Shown piece after piece: positions 14,427 through 24,542 of a DNA stretch of 64,000 nucleotides. The translations under genes were made by a program, and so were the position numbers. The notes under the pieces were generated by a model, which worked only from the letters and a program-made list of their open reading frames with translations, searched no databases and was not told the DNA's origin. This stretch comes from Azolla caroliniana (lineage: Eukaryota; Plantae; Polypodiophyta): assembly GCA_043228905.1 (NCBI GenBank), contig JBHGNT010000020.1:11470001-11534000 (forward strand). The letters are read 5' to 3'. Every line of letters begins with the position of its first letter. The first letter of the stretch is position 1.

Positions 14427-14512
14427 AACGACCTACAAACTGTCATACGCAGGTATTCAGAACACAATCAAATGCTACTTGATCTTCCGCACAGACGACC
14501 TTGTCTACAACA
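9049..14512 (+). mobile_element. Intact full-length Ty1/Copia element E
   Basis: LTRs 9049-9365 and 14219-14512, perfect TSD GATCA (9044-9048/14513-14517), PBS-Met 9368-9380, PPT 14212-14218, one uninterrupted ORF. Confidence 0.97.
10012..14025 (+). CDS. Copia Gag-Pol polyprotein (gag, CCHC, PR, GAG-pre-INT, INT, RT, RNase H), 1337 aa from the first ATG
   Basis: CNYCKKPGHIKADC, LDSGAS, HSDVCG/RTDNGGE/IAERMN (DDE), YVDD, YTDSDFAG, KHIDVRYH. Confidence 0.96.
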   Translation: MASTSGLSETSLRKFDGSNFNFWKEQMQDYLIVKGQIDPIENEEPPEGYKPIEWQKLDRIVRATIRMHLSESVYFTVQSCTTAFELWKTLSDTYEKKVAATKMFLIRRLYNLRMKESDSVQAHLNEYESISSQISSQGTAIEDELRAMILMSSLPSSWETFVTTVCNASTTAVKYSEVTSAILTEAARRKSFAKDSTDDAYVVQGSTDRSNIRGRDSSRPPNNQRRRSQSRDNRICNYCKKPGHIKADCRALKNKNNKKSGRHEEINYVSFSADVLPDDPNILSIENPVGSEVLLTTEESSTWLLDSGASFHVTPHRSQFRQYTIRHSDSVRVGNSQHCDIIGIGTVELNLAGGSTLVLHNVRHVPELSRPLISVGQLDEDGIRAGFSSGGWTLHRGNLLLARGPKIHSLYPLHVTLREGNLFLVDIPVSSLWHRRLGHLSKAGITHLSRVGYIPKLSFSDHQFCEHCQYGKQAAASHPTSAPRETRPLDLVHSDVCGPMPHQSLGGASYFVTFIDDSTRKVWAYPIRTKDRVFSIFTDWLAMVENQTYRKLKCFRTDNGGEFKSEEFVKFCRQRGIRREFTAPHSPEQNGIAERMNRTIQERTVSMLQHSGLLDGFWAEALLTAVHIINMSPSRPLGLQIPQELWIGSKPNYDKLRIFGCEAYALIPKDDRRKLAPRSRKCIFLGYGSDGEMGYRLWDPERRQIVRSSDVVFNESAMNPSVEKPIEVRRVTFSDVPTLQEGPALNTRSASRVAEPYTTDSDNPDSAQQNNPLSDHPTLIPDATSPILPRRSERLSQPPERYSPGIFFTDAGEPTSYEEASTSVDSATWHLAMESEMHSIRANKTWDLVELPRNRRALPCKWVYRLKETSDSTTPKYKARLVAKGFRQEYGVDFDEIFSPVVKMTTLRFLLGVVAADNLELIQLDVKTAFLHGDLDEEIYMEQPKGFVATGQEHLVCRLRKSLYGLKQAPRQWYKKFDDFIQSIGFSKSDEDHCLFTNTAQDGSPIFLIIYVDDMLISGRHAGELADLIRQLRLKFAMKDLGPARHILGMKISRHRDKRHLFLSQTDYIRRVLERFNMQSAKSASTPLPMNLRLSQRDCPTSGPEGEDMKSVPYASAVGSLMYLMVATRPDISHAVGVVSRFMHNPGRSHWNAVKHVFRYLAGTKDHGILFGPNRTSGVVGYTDSDFAGCIDSRKSTTGYCFKFGNGAISWKSKLQECTTTSTTEAEYVAASDAAKEALWLGRLAHTFRQVDHDSAPVVYSDSQGAVALSRNPVHHNASKHIDVRYHFVRDCVISGKIGLEKISTTDNVADGMTKCLSADRFRSLRHQMGVTTNQSG

Positions 14513-14517
14513 GATCA

Positions 14518-16270
14518 TCTTGAAGAGATGCTGGCAAAATTTGGAGACAAATTGCGGTCCTCGGTCACTGATGATATTATCTGGGAGGCCATGATGCCGA
14601 AATACCTCACGCATAACAAGGGCGGTGGTTTCCTCGCTAGTGATGGCATTAGTACACGGCACAAAATGTGCCATCTTCGTATATCGATCGACGACGGTTA
14701 GGATAGCATCGAACCCCTTTGAGACCGGCAGATCTGTGATAAAATCAAGACAAATAGAGTGTCACGGCTTACTTGGAATCGGTAAGGGTTCCAACAAGCC
14801 ATATGGATGGTGTCGTGGCATCTTTGCTCGGCAGCAAGCATCACAAGTCTGAACGTAGTCGTCGACAAAATGGCGCATGTGGGGCCACCAAAAAGATTGT
14901 TGCACTAGCTCCAACGTCTTAGTACTATCGAAATATCCCGCCGTATGGGTGTCGTGACAATGTTGGACGATTTGAAGGCGACAGGAGCAATCGGGGACAT
15001 ATACGCGCTTTTTAAAGAATAAGAAACCCTCATGATATTCGAATTGTCAATAGTCAATACCTGGTTGTTGAGACTGAGAACAGGATGCCCGAGAAGTATC
15101 AATGTGTGCCAGGATGTCTTGAGCAAAACTATCTGTCTTCAAGGTTGCACGTATCTCATCGGTAATTCATGAATCCATCAGGGTGTGAAAAATCCGCGAT
15201 GTGTGCAATCGTGTTGGTCCCAAGATTACTTGCTTTTGATTATCAAATGTTGCATCACCAGGACGAGGTGCAAGATATGACCGTTGTGATAGTGCATCTG
15301 CTTTTCCTTGTTGCTTCCCCGGTCGATATGTGATTTTGAAGTCGAAACGCGTGAGGAATTGCGCCCACCGAGCTTGTCGTCGATTTAGTACGCAAGCGTT
15401 CTGAAAATAAGCAAGATTTTTATGATCGCTAAAGACAATGACCTGATGTGGAGAGCCCTCTAAGAAATGCCGCCATTGCACAAATGAATCCACGATGGCT
15501 AATAACTCTTTGTCATGTATTTCGTAGTTGATTTCTGCGACATCAAATTTGCGCGAATGGAAAGCCACCGGATGCAACTCTTCTTTATCTCCTTGTTGAG
15601 AAAGGATGCTACCGAGGGCGAAATCTGATGCGTCGGCCTCCATGATGAATGGTTTGCTTGTATCCACATGAGCTAGAATCGGTGCTGATGTAAAGGCTTT
15701 CTTAATATGCCGAAAAGCCATATCTGCTTCGATGGACCAAAGAAATGCTTGGCCCTTCTTCATAAGTTGTGTGAGAGGTAAAATAATCTTCGAGTAATCT
15801 TGTATAAACTTACGGTAGAAGTTAGCAAAACCTAGAAAACATTGTACATCTCGTACCGACCGTGGAATTTGCCACTCTAGTACAGTTTGGATTTTAGCTG
15901 GATCCATGGCGATGCCTTTTGAGGAGATGACGTAGCCTAGAAATTCCACATGCTTGTAGTCAAAGCTACATTTTTCTAGCTTGGCATAAAGACCATTCTC
16001 GCAGAGTCGCTTTAGTACTAATAGTACATGAGAATCGTGCTCTTCCTGGGTCTTCGAATAAATCAATAGATCATCCAGATAGATGATCAAACAAATATCC
16101 AAGAGGTCTCTGAATATATCATTTGCCATGTGTTGGAAGACTGCGGGTGCATTGGTTAGGCCGAACGGCATAACAGTATACTCAAAATGCCCATACCGCA
16201 TGCGAAAGGAGGTCTTCCATTCATCTCCCGGTCCGATCCGCACGAGGTTATACGCTCCTCGTAGGTCTAT
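14518..16270 (-). pseudogene. Element C RT-RNase H and integrase N-terminal half
   Basis: IDLRGAYNL, MPFGLTNAPA, YLDD, DASD, SDRGPQF. Confidence 0.9.
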
Positions 16271-17670
16271 TTTATAGTGTTCCATCTCTGCTTAGTACTA
16301 TTCCTGACAGTTTGAACCAATTTGGTTCAACATAATGCCTAGTGCCCTCTTTTATAGTGTTCTCAGGAATAATCCTGAAGCTTCTAGAATGTTCCAGAGA
16401 GATCTGGAATATACATCAATTTTCTATGATAAAGTATAAATGAAAATAATATCCTACATATTACAATTCATAGTCTAATGGTAAGGACTCGACCCATGTA
16501 GCATAAGGTCATGGGTTCGAGTCTTGCCATATCATGACACCGGTCGGCATACCGGAGAGCTCACCGAACTCGTTCGGAAACTGCGATTGACATTTGCCAT
16601 GAAGGACCTCGGTCCGGCAAGACACATACTCGGAATGAAGATTAGTCGGAATCGCGCCAAAAGACAACTTTTCCTGTCTCAAACCGACTACATCGGACGT
16701 GTCTTGGAACGCTTCAACATGCAATCGGCCAAGTCTGCTTCGACCCCGCTCCCCGTTCATCTTCGGCTTTCTCAACAAGACTGCCCAACATCCGGTCCGG
16801 AGGGGGAAGACATGAAGTCGGTACCGTATGCATCGGCAGTAGGCTCTCTGATGTACGCGATGATCGCGACACGGCCTGATATTTCTCACGCCGTAGGAGT
16901 CATCAGCAGATTTATGCACATTCCCGGCCGATCGCACTGGAACGCAGTCAAGCATGTGTTCAGATATTTAACCGACACAAAAGACCACGGCATCCTTTTC
17001 GGTCCGAACTCGGACTTCGCCGGCTGTGTGGACAGTCGCAAGTCAACAACCGGATATTGCTTTAAATTCGGCAATGGAGCAATCTCGTGGAAGTCGAAAC
17101 TTCAGGAGTGCATGCATTCAGTAGGGAGAAAATCGAGGCGTATCCCTGTCCGAAAGGACAGGGAATAAACATGATGTAACGGGTGGTAATGGCCTCCCTC
17201 CTTGGGCTATAAAAGAGAGGGAGAGGTATTGAAAAAAGAAAAGGGGGGGGAGAGATATCGCGTTTTGTAGAGGACGAGGTGCTGCCGGACTAGAACCGAG
17301 CTCTTCTCCTCTGTCTTCTCCTTCGTCGTTCTGTGTAGGTTTCGGGAGGCTGACTCTACTCCACAGAACACCCGAGTGCTTCCGGCAAAGTCTCCATTTC
17401 GCGTTCTGAGTGTGTGTGTGTGTGCAGGCGTCAGAGCTTATCACTTGCCGACTCGCCGGTTGTAACTCCTTGACTTATATATATACATTTACATTTGTTC
17501 TGTCTCCATTGTTCCGAGTTAGCTGCTACTCCTCTGAATGTGCGTGTTTGTGCGCGTGTGAAGTACATCGGGAGTTTCCTTCCCCTCTTCTCATTCGGTT
17601 ATTTCTCAGTCCAAGGCCCCCGTGGTCTCGCCTCGTTCTCCATGCACGCGCGTAACAACGCGACATTATT

Positions 17671-17688
17671 TGGTGAACCCGACGTGAA
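17671..17688 (+). promoter_or_regulatory. Primer-binding site complementary to tRNA-Trp
   Basis: TGGTGAACCCGACGTGAA matches the 3' end of plant tRNA-Trp(CCA) as I recall it. Confidence 0.8.
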
Positions 17689-19822
17689 CAGGCGGCAGAG
17701 GAATAGAAAGATGAGAGGGTCGGATCTTGCAGAAGCCATGGCTTCGGCTGTGGATCGGATAGTGAGTGCGCGCGAAGGCATAGGCGCCCTCGATAGGGCT
17801 ATTGAAGCAGTCGTCAGCACGATGGGCCAGTTCGGTGGGAAGGACGCCATGAGCTATCTAGAGGCTTACCGAGCCGAAATGGTGATGAGGGAAATCCCGA
17901 AGGACTGACGACTGGCCGGATTCCCTCGGGTGACGATTTCAGGCATCCACGCGGAGGTGCTCGAGGTACGGGCTGAGAGTCGTACCTGGGAAGAGTTTGA
18001 AGGTCAGCTCCTTGAAGAATAAGGGCTTGATGATGTGCTCCAGCTGTCGAAGTGGGACTACATGGAATGGGTGGAGACCCCTAAAAAGGGGAGAAACGTG
18101 TCGGTGCTCCTTCGGTAGTTTGAAGAACGCTTCGCACAACTTTCGGCGCTGGACCAAACCGTACTGGACACAAGTCGTGTCCTATTGTTCGTTAAATCGG
18201 TGGACGCAAGGGACCGGGAGCAAGTGGGCTTCCTACTGGAGACTGACGATGGCCTAACAACCGACTGGGCCGTGGTAAAGAGAGTTTGCGGCCGTTTTGA
18301 CAAACGGCGTGAGTGGGTCGATAAAGGCTTGACAGGGGCGGGTTCTGTTGCGACAAGGTCGAGGTACCCCCACCGGCACGAAGGGAAGAGACCCGAGACT
18401 AGCTCAAGACCGGCTCAACTTCGACCGGCATGGTCAAAGGCTCGTCCGGGGCAGCGGCTCTAGAGGAGCTGACTCAGATGGTGAGGGACCTCCAGATTGT
18501 GCAACCACGGAGGGACAGCGGCGAACAAGTCCGTGACCAAAGCCCTCCGGCTGGGAACCAGTGCTTGTGGTGCGACGCGGTAGGCCATGCCCGAAAGGAC
18601 TTCGGGGACTTCGCCGAAGCGATAAGAGCTAACTTGGTGTACCTATGGAACGGTCGGGTGCACGCTAGCGAGACCCGGAGGGCCTTGGATCTGAATGTTG
18701 GATGAGGGGGTATGAAACGGCTGATGGAAGAAGCAGTGGCTCGCCACGCGGAGACCGTCCACTACTCGGTGTCAGCTGGAATCCGGGTCGGAAGTGATGA
18801 AGTCCGGAAGACGAAGGAAGCCGGATTCTGGCCGTTGATTCTAGAAGGCCTCGCTGGTGTAAGGCTGAGGAAAGAGGAAGCGGACCGCGCGGAAAGACGG
18901 GTCCGGGAGGTAACCGGGTGGAGTGACCCGGTCGAAGAGAAGACGGGCTTCGTTGAAGCCGCTTGCCAAAACTACGAGGTTCTAGTAGAAGACAAGCGCG
19001 TAGGAAAGACCGACGGGGGGGGGGGGGGGGGGGGGGGGCGGACCCTCACAATGGTATGAGACCCGGTTCGGGCCGAAGCAGAATGATGTCGGTGCATCCG
19101 GCGCACCGGACAAGGCCAAGAAGGCCGGTTATCGGTTGAGCACAGAGATCGAAAGAACCACGGACCTACGAAAGGTCCTGGAGGAACGGATCGAAAGAAC
19201 CACGGACCTACGAAAGGTCCTGGAGTTGTCGTAAGGGAAGTGCTCGGTATCGCGAAGCAGGAGTTCCACAACTCCATCGTAGACTTGGTGAAGCGGAAAA
19301 GGCTTTCGATAGAGCCGGAGCCGGAGAAGCCGGTGGAGGTGCGAACAACGCGCCTAGAAGACATAGCTCTAGAAGACGAGTTGGCGGAGAGCCACTATTC
19401 AAGGCCACATTGGGCCAGAGCAACAACGGAGACCCCCGTTAAGATCGAAGAAGTTCAGGAGCCGGTGGTGGTGTTGGTGGACCACGGTTCCGAAATCAAC
19501 TTGATGTCCATGGACTTCTACAAGAAGGGGAAGTGGCCGATCAACACCAAGCACGGGTGGAAAATATGGGCAGCAACGCGTGCCACGGAAGAGCTGCATG
19601 GCGCCCGAATGTACGAGTGAAAATCGGCGATGTCGAGATCGATCAACACTTCTTCGTGCAAGAGACGTCCTCGCACCCGGTTATACTCGGGGAACCGTAC
19701 ATCACGGCGGCACAGATGGAGACAAAGGTGCTGAAAAATGGTTCAGCATATGCATGAGTCAAAAGCCAGGATGGGCGTCACTTGATCCAGTTCCTGACGG
19801 TGCGACCGAACCATGAGCGTAA

Positions 19823-22800
19823 ATGCGAGACCCTCGGTGGCGAAACCTGAGAGGATTTTTAGAGAGGGCTATCAAGGCGTGGGGCCGCAATAGTCTGGAC
19901 ACCCTGGAGAAACCCCACAAATGTACTATAGGCAAAAAGACATGTACCATAGGTAGGGAATTTTGGTTCTCCGATAGCGGAGGCTGCACGATAGCTGGCG
20001 TAGTTGGCCGGGAAAAGAAGCGGGCGGAGGAGCAACTTCGGGCATGTGGAGTCCTCGGCCCTGAAGAGGAAATCAACGGAGCCGTGGAGGCGGTCTTTTT
20101 CGACGACACCTTGGGGAAGTTACGGGAGGTGTTGGGAGAAGGCCTTAATGACAACCGGACGATTCCGGTATGTTTGGAAAGGATGTACGAAGTCATCGCC
20201 GACTTCGGTAGTGGACTCGAGTCGGATCGGACGACCCGAGTGGATACGAAGTACAAGACTATGGACCGGAAGGTGAGGCCAGTCGCGGCACCCTTGCAGG
20301 AGGGCAGCGAGTTACGGATAAAGGGGGTCGCGTCGAACCCAAGTTTACGAGATCCATCCAGCATAGGACACACGTTCACCGACATAACGCTACGGGAGCT
20401 CAAGATCGGTGGGGGTGGCTTTCTACTGCCGGCAGAAGAGGACTGGTTTCAGAGAATGATCGGGAGGCACGGGAAGGCTTTCGCATTCTCACCGGAGGAG
20501 ATCGGGTGCATAGACCCGACGGTTGTGGAACCAATGGTGATCTTCACGGTACCGCATGTGCCGTGGAATCTCAAACCAATTCTGGTACCCAGAGCTCAAA
20601 TCCCGAAGCTGATGGAGCTGCTGAAACAAAAGGTGGAGATGGGCATTCTCGAACCGTCGAGTACCCCATACTCGAACCGGTGGTTTACAGTGCCAAAGAA
20701 GAACGACACCCTGCGCTTCATACAGGACTTGCAGCCGGTCAACAAGGTGACCATTCGAAACGCAGGTATCGGACCGACCATTGATGAGTTTGTGGAGGCC
20801 TTCGCGGGGAGGTCGATCTACTCAGTCGGTGATCTATACTCGGGGTACGATCAGTTCCAACTAGCCGTAGAGAGCAGGGATGTCACGACGATGCGAACTC
20901 CTCTCGGCCTAGTTCGGATGTGTACCCTACCGCAAGGGGGAACGAACTTGGTGGCGCACATGGTGAATGCGATGAACAAGGTGTTGAGGGACTGCATCCC
21001 AGACATCACCATGCCATTCCTGGACGACATCCCGATCAAAGGTTGTCCGGTGGAGGACAAGGACGAGTCGATCGGGCCTGACGGTTGCCAGAGGTTCGTG
21101 ACGGATCACATCTACGACTGTGAGAAGATGCTACAAAAACTCGAGAGCGCGCGGCTCACCTTCTCAAGAGAAAAATAAGCCTTCGGATATCCGGAGATCC
21201 TAGTAGTCGGACACCTGTGCGGGCCTTACGGCCAGAAGCCGTCCCCGACAAAGGTAGAGGCCATCTCCGCAATGAAGGATGATTGCGGGACGGTCACAGA
21301 GGTCCGAAGGATCCTGGGGGCATGTGCGTTCTATCACATCTGGATTCTGCACTACGTGCATGTCGCGGAGCCGCTTTACGGGTTATTAAAGAAAGGGTGC
21401 CGGTTCGAATGGAGGACGGAGCACACAGAGTTGGTTCGGAGACTGAAGGAGGCGCTCGCCGCGGCACCGGCTCTCCGAAAAGCGGTTTACGGCAAGGAAG
21501 CCCCCATTTATGTCACGGTGGACACGAGCCTGACCGGGATCGAGTGGGTGATCAATCAGGAAGATGAAGACGGCGTACGGTCCTCGATCCGGTTCTGGGC
21601 AAAGGTATTGAGCGAGCGGCAACGAGGATACGCCCTAATCAAGCACGAGCTATGGGGTATCGTTTCGGCAGTCAAGGCCGACAAGGACTATCTGATCGGG
21701 ACGGAAGTGATCATTGAGACAGACTGCCTACCGATTTTGGGTATGTTTTCCGGGTGCGTGACTCCAAACCTGGCGATGCTCAGGTGGATCACGTACATCA
21801 AGTCCCTGAACCCGGAGATACGACACATCTTCGGAAAGGATAACGCCACGGCCGATATACTTTCAAGGGCGAGGTTCAACGACGAGGACGGCATGGTTTC
21901 AGATAACGAAGAAGTCAACGAGGACTTCTTTGGGTCAGCTAACGTAACAACAAGAAAGGGGAGCACTCCGGCGCTTAACAAATTCGACGAGAGCAAGTAC
22001 GACGGGGAATGGCTCCAGATCGGCGGGTCCCTGAAGACAATGACACCGGACGCGGCGTGGACGAAGGAAGAGACCAACCGGATTCAGAAGAAAGCGTACC
22101 GATTCTTCCTACGAGACGGGAGCATATGGAAGCACCCGAAGAAGAGAAACGGCATCCCGCTCCAAGTGGTGGAGAAGAAAGAGGAACAGGAAGAATTGTT
22201 GGCGGCATACCACGAGAGTCCATGGGTCGGGCACCGCGGGACGTGGGCCACATTCGAGAAGCTAAAAGGGAAGTACTCGTGGTCGGGACTATACCGGGAC
22301 GTGCATCGGTTCGTGACGACTTGCGAAAGTTGTCAGATGCACTCCATAGTCCGACATCGGGAAGAGCTTCACCCGACCTACCCTCCGACTGTCCACTTTA
22401 AGTGGATGGTGGATCTGGTGACGATGCCAATGGGGGTAGGGCAGATGCAGTATCTAGTGATGGCTCGGGAGGACCTGATGAACCAGGTGGAAGGCCGAGC
22501 GTTGCAAGACAAAACGACCATGGCCGAGTGCCAATTTCTGATTGAAGAAGTGGTATGCCAGTACGGGTGTGTAGGTAAGATCGTAGCCGACCGCGGAGAA
22601 TTGGACGCGCAAGAGGTGGAAGAGTTGTTTGACCGGCTAGGGATTAAACTCTCTCTCACCACGGCGTACAATCCGGAGGCTAACGGGAAGGTGGAACACG
22701 GACACGGTCCGATCGTCAAAGCATTAGTATGGGCGTGTGGAGGCCAAGTCGGGAACTGGCCGCAACTCTTACCCTATGCATTGTGGGCGGACCGAACTAC

Positions 22801-23449
22801 GCACAGTTCGGTAACCGGGTTCATGCCGGCAAAGCTAATGTACGGGCAGAAGCCGATCATGCCAACGGAGCAGACAATCTCCTCATGGGCCACGGTGGAC
22901 TGGAAAGACGACATGAGCCGAGAGGAGCTGTTAGTAGCACGGATTCGGGAGTTGGAGCGAAGACCGGAGGACGTGGACCGAGCCGCGGAGAAGCTACGGA
23001 TGGCGAGGGTAAAGAACAAAGAACGGTTCGACTGGACTCACCGACTAAGACCGAAGAAGATCGAGGAAGGTGACTGGGTACTAGTGTATGACAACAGCCT
23101 CGACAACCAGCACAGGGCAATGCGGAAGTTTGCAAGAAGGTGGTTTGGGCCTTATGTCGTGACAAGCGCCAACAACATCTCGTGGAGCTCAACGGGACAC
23201 GGATGGTGGTACCGGTGGCTAGAAAAAGGGTCAAAGCATTCAAAAAGCGGCACGAGGCTGAACCGAACCCGGACGACCTGGATAGCGACAACAACCGGCT
23301 CAGAACGGATGACGATCCAGGAGACGAAGGATAAGCGTGGGCCGGTCTTCTCCGGCAAGAGTCTAAATTTGGCGCATACCGGTGGATGCGCGGTTAGGTG
23401 GGGGCGGATGTCGTGGAGAAATTTGTCCCTAGTTGGAAGCCGGGTATAA
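19823..23449 (+). pseudogene. Element D pol (RT, RNase H, integrase) with an in-frame stop at about 21176
   Basis: ORFs 19823-21178 and 21272-23449 are in the same frame. HHCC and DDE motifs present. Confidence 0.88.
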
Positions 23450-24542
23450 CGTGCGTAAACCGGCCCTTACACGTGGGCACAAGTTTTGTTGTATAGTACG
23501 TAGGTGGGTACAAGTCGACTGAGGTAAAATCCTAGGTATGCACGCATTCAGTAGGGAGAAAATCGAGGCGTATCCCTGTCCGAAAGGACAGGGAATAAAC
23601 ATGATGTAACGGGTGGTAACGGCCTCCCTCCTTGGGCTATAAAAGAGAGGGAGAGGTATTGAAAAAAAAAAGGCGGGGAGAGATATCGCGTTTTGTAGAG
23701 GACAAGGTGTTGCCGGACTAGAACTGAGCTCTTCTCCTCTATCTTCTCCTTCTTCGTTCTGTGTAGGTTTCGGGAGGCTGACTCTGCTCCGCGAAACACC
23801 CGAGTGCTTCCGGCAGAGTCTCCATTTCGCGTTCTGAGTGTGTGTGTGTGTGCAGGCGTCGGAGCCTATCACTTGTCGGCTCGCCGGTTGTAACTCCTTG
23901 ACTTATATATATACATTTACATTTGTTCTGTCTCCATTGTTCCGAGTTAGCTGCTACTCCTGTGAATGTGCGTGTTTGTGTGCGTGTGAAGTACATCGGG
24001 AGTTTCCTTCCCCTCTTCTCAGTCGGTTATTTCTCAGTCCAAGGCCCCCGTGGTCACGCCTCGTTCTCCACGCACGCACGTAACAACATGACAACGTAAA
24101 AGTGACTTAGTGATAGAAGAATTAGCCGAGGACATGAAGTTGTGTCCTTGGCAATCATTGCAAGGGATAAAAGATAACAAATTAATAATATATGTTTTAT
24201 CAAGAGTGGTTGCCAAGGAGTTCATCTTAGATGAAATGGTCACAGAGTTTCAAAAGTGAGTATTCTATGTGATATTGTTTTTCATTGGATTGCTTTATTA
24301 ATTTTATTTTTATTCTAAACTTAATGTGTAATGTTTTTTAGCCATAAGGTTTATATGAATATACAAGAGTTGATGATGAAAAAGTTGTCCCTGCCTAGTG
24401 GGAAGAAGTGGAGCAGTCGTGCCGAAAACCATCATCGTGTCAGGCTCTTGAAGAATTTTTCATCGTATTTAGAGAATGGGTAAGTGTGTTTAGATCTTCT
24501 ATAGTTGCTATTAAGAAAATGCACATTTCCTTCTAAATCTTA

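Larger units (their letters stand above)
7720..16539 (-). mobile_element. Ty3/Gypsy chromovirus C (Tcn1/Tf1-like), gag-PR deleted, interrupted by Copia E
   Basis: 3' LTR 7720-8172, PPT 8173-8185, partial 5' LTR about 16311-16539. RT (YLDD)-RNase H ORF 15167-16285. Integrase GPF motif plus chromodomain (EYEVAAIL..YLVDWLGY..TWEP) in 8108-9049. Imperfect TSD CCGAC/CCGGT. Confidence 0.9.
74..17112 (+). mobile_element. Ty1/Copia element A1 (Tnt1/Tork-like, same family as intact element E), fragmented host of nested insertions; 3' end deleted
   Basis: 5' LTR 74-396 (TG..CA) and PBS 399-410. Pieces at 411-935, 3856-5433, 6549-7719 and 16540-17112 are collinear with intact element E (9049-14512). 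Confidence 0.9.
17109..24093 (+). mobile_element. Non-chromovirus Ty3/Gypsy element D, tRNA-Trp primed, degenerate; 5' LTR truncated
   Basis: LTRs about 17109-17665 and 23409-24093 (TGTCG..TGACA), PPT 23397-23408. Gag zinc knuckle CLWCDAVGH, PR LVDHGSEIN, RT DLYSGYDQF/FLDD, RNase H-INT ORF 21272-23449. Confidence 0.9.

Noticed and set aside
19015-19038. 24-nt G run as a functional G-quadruplex element
   Set aside because: It is a homopolymer inside a degenerate gag region, most simply slippage or sequencing error.
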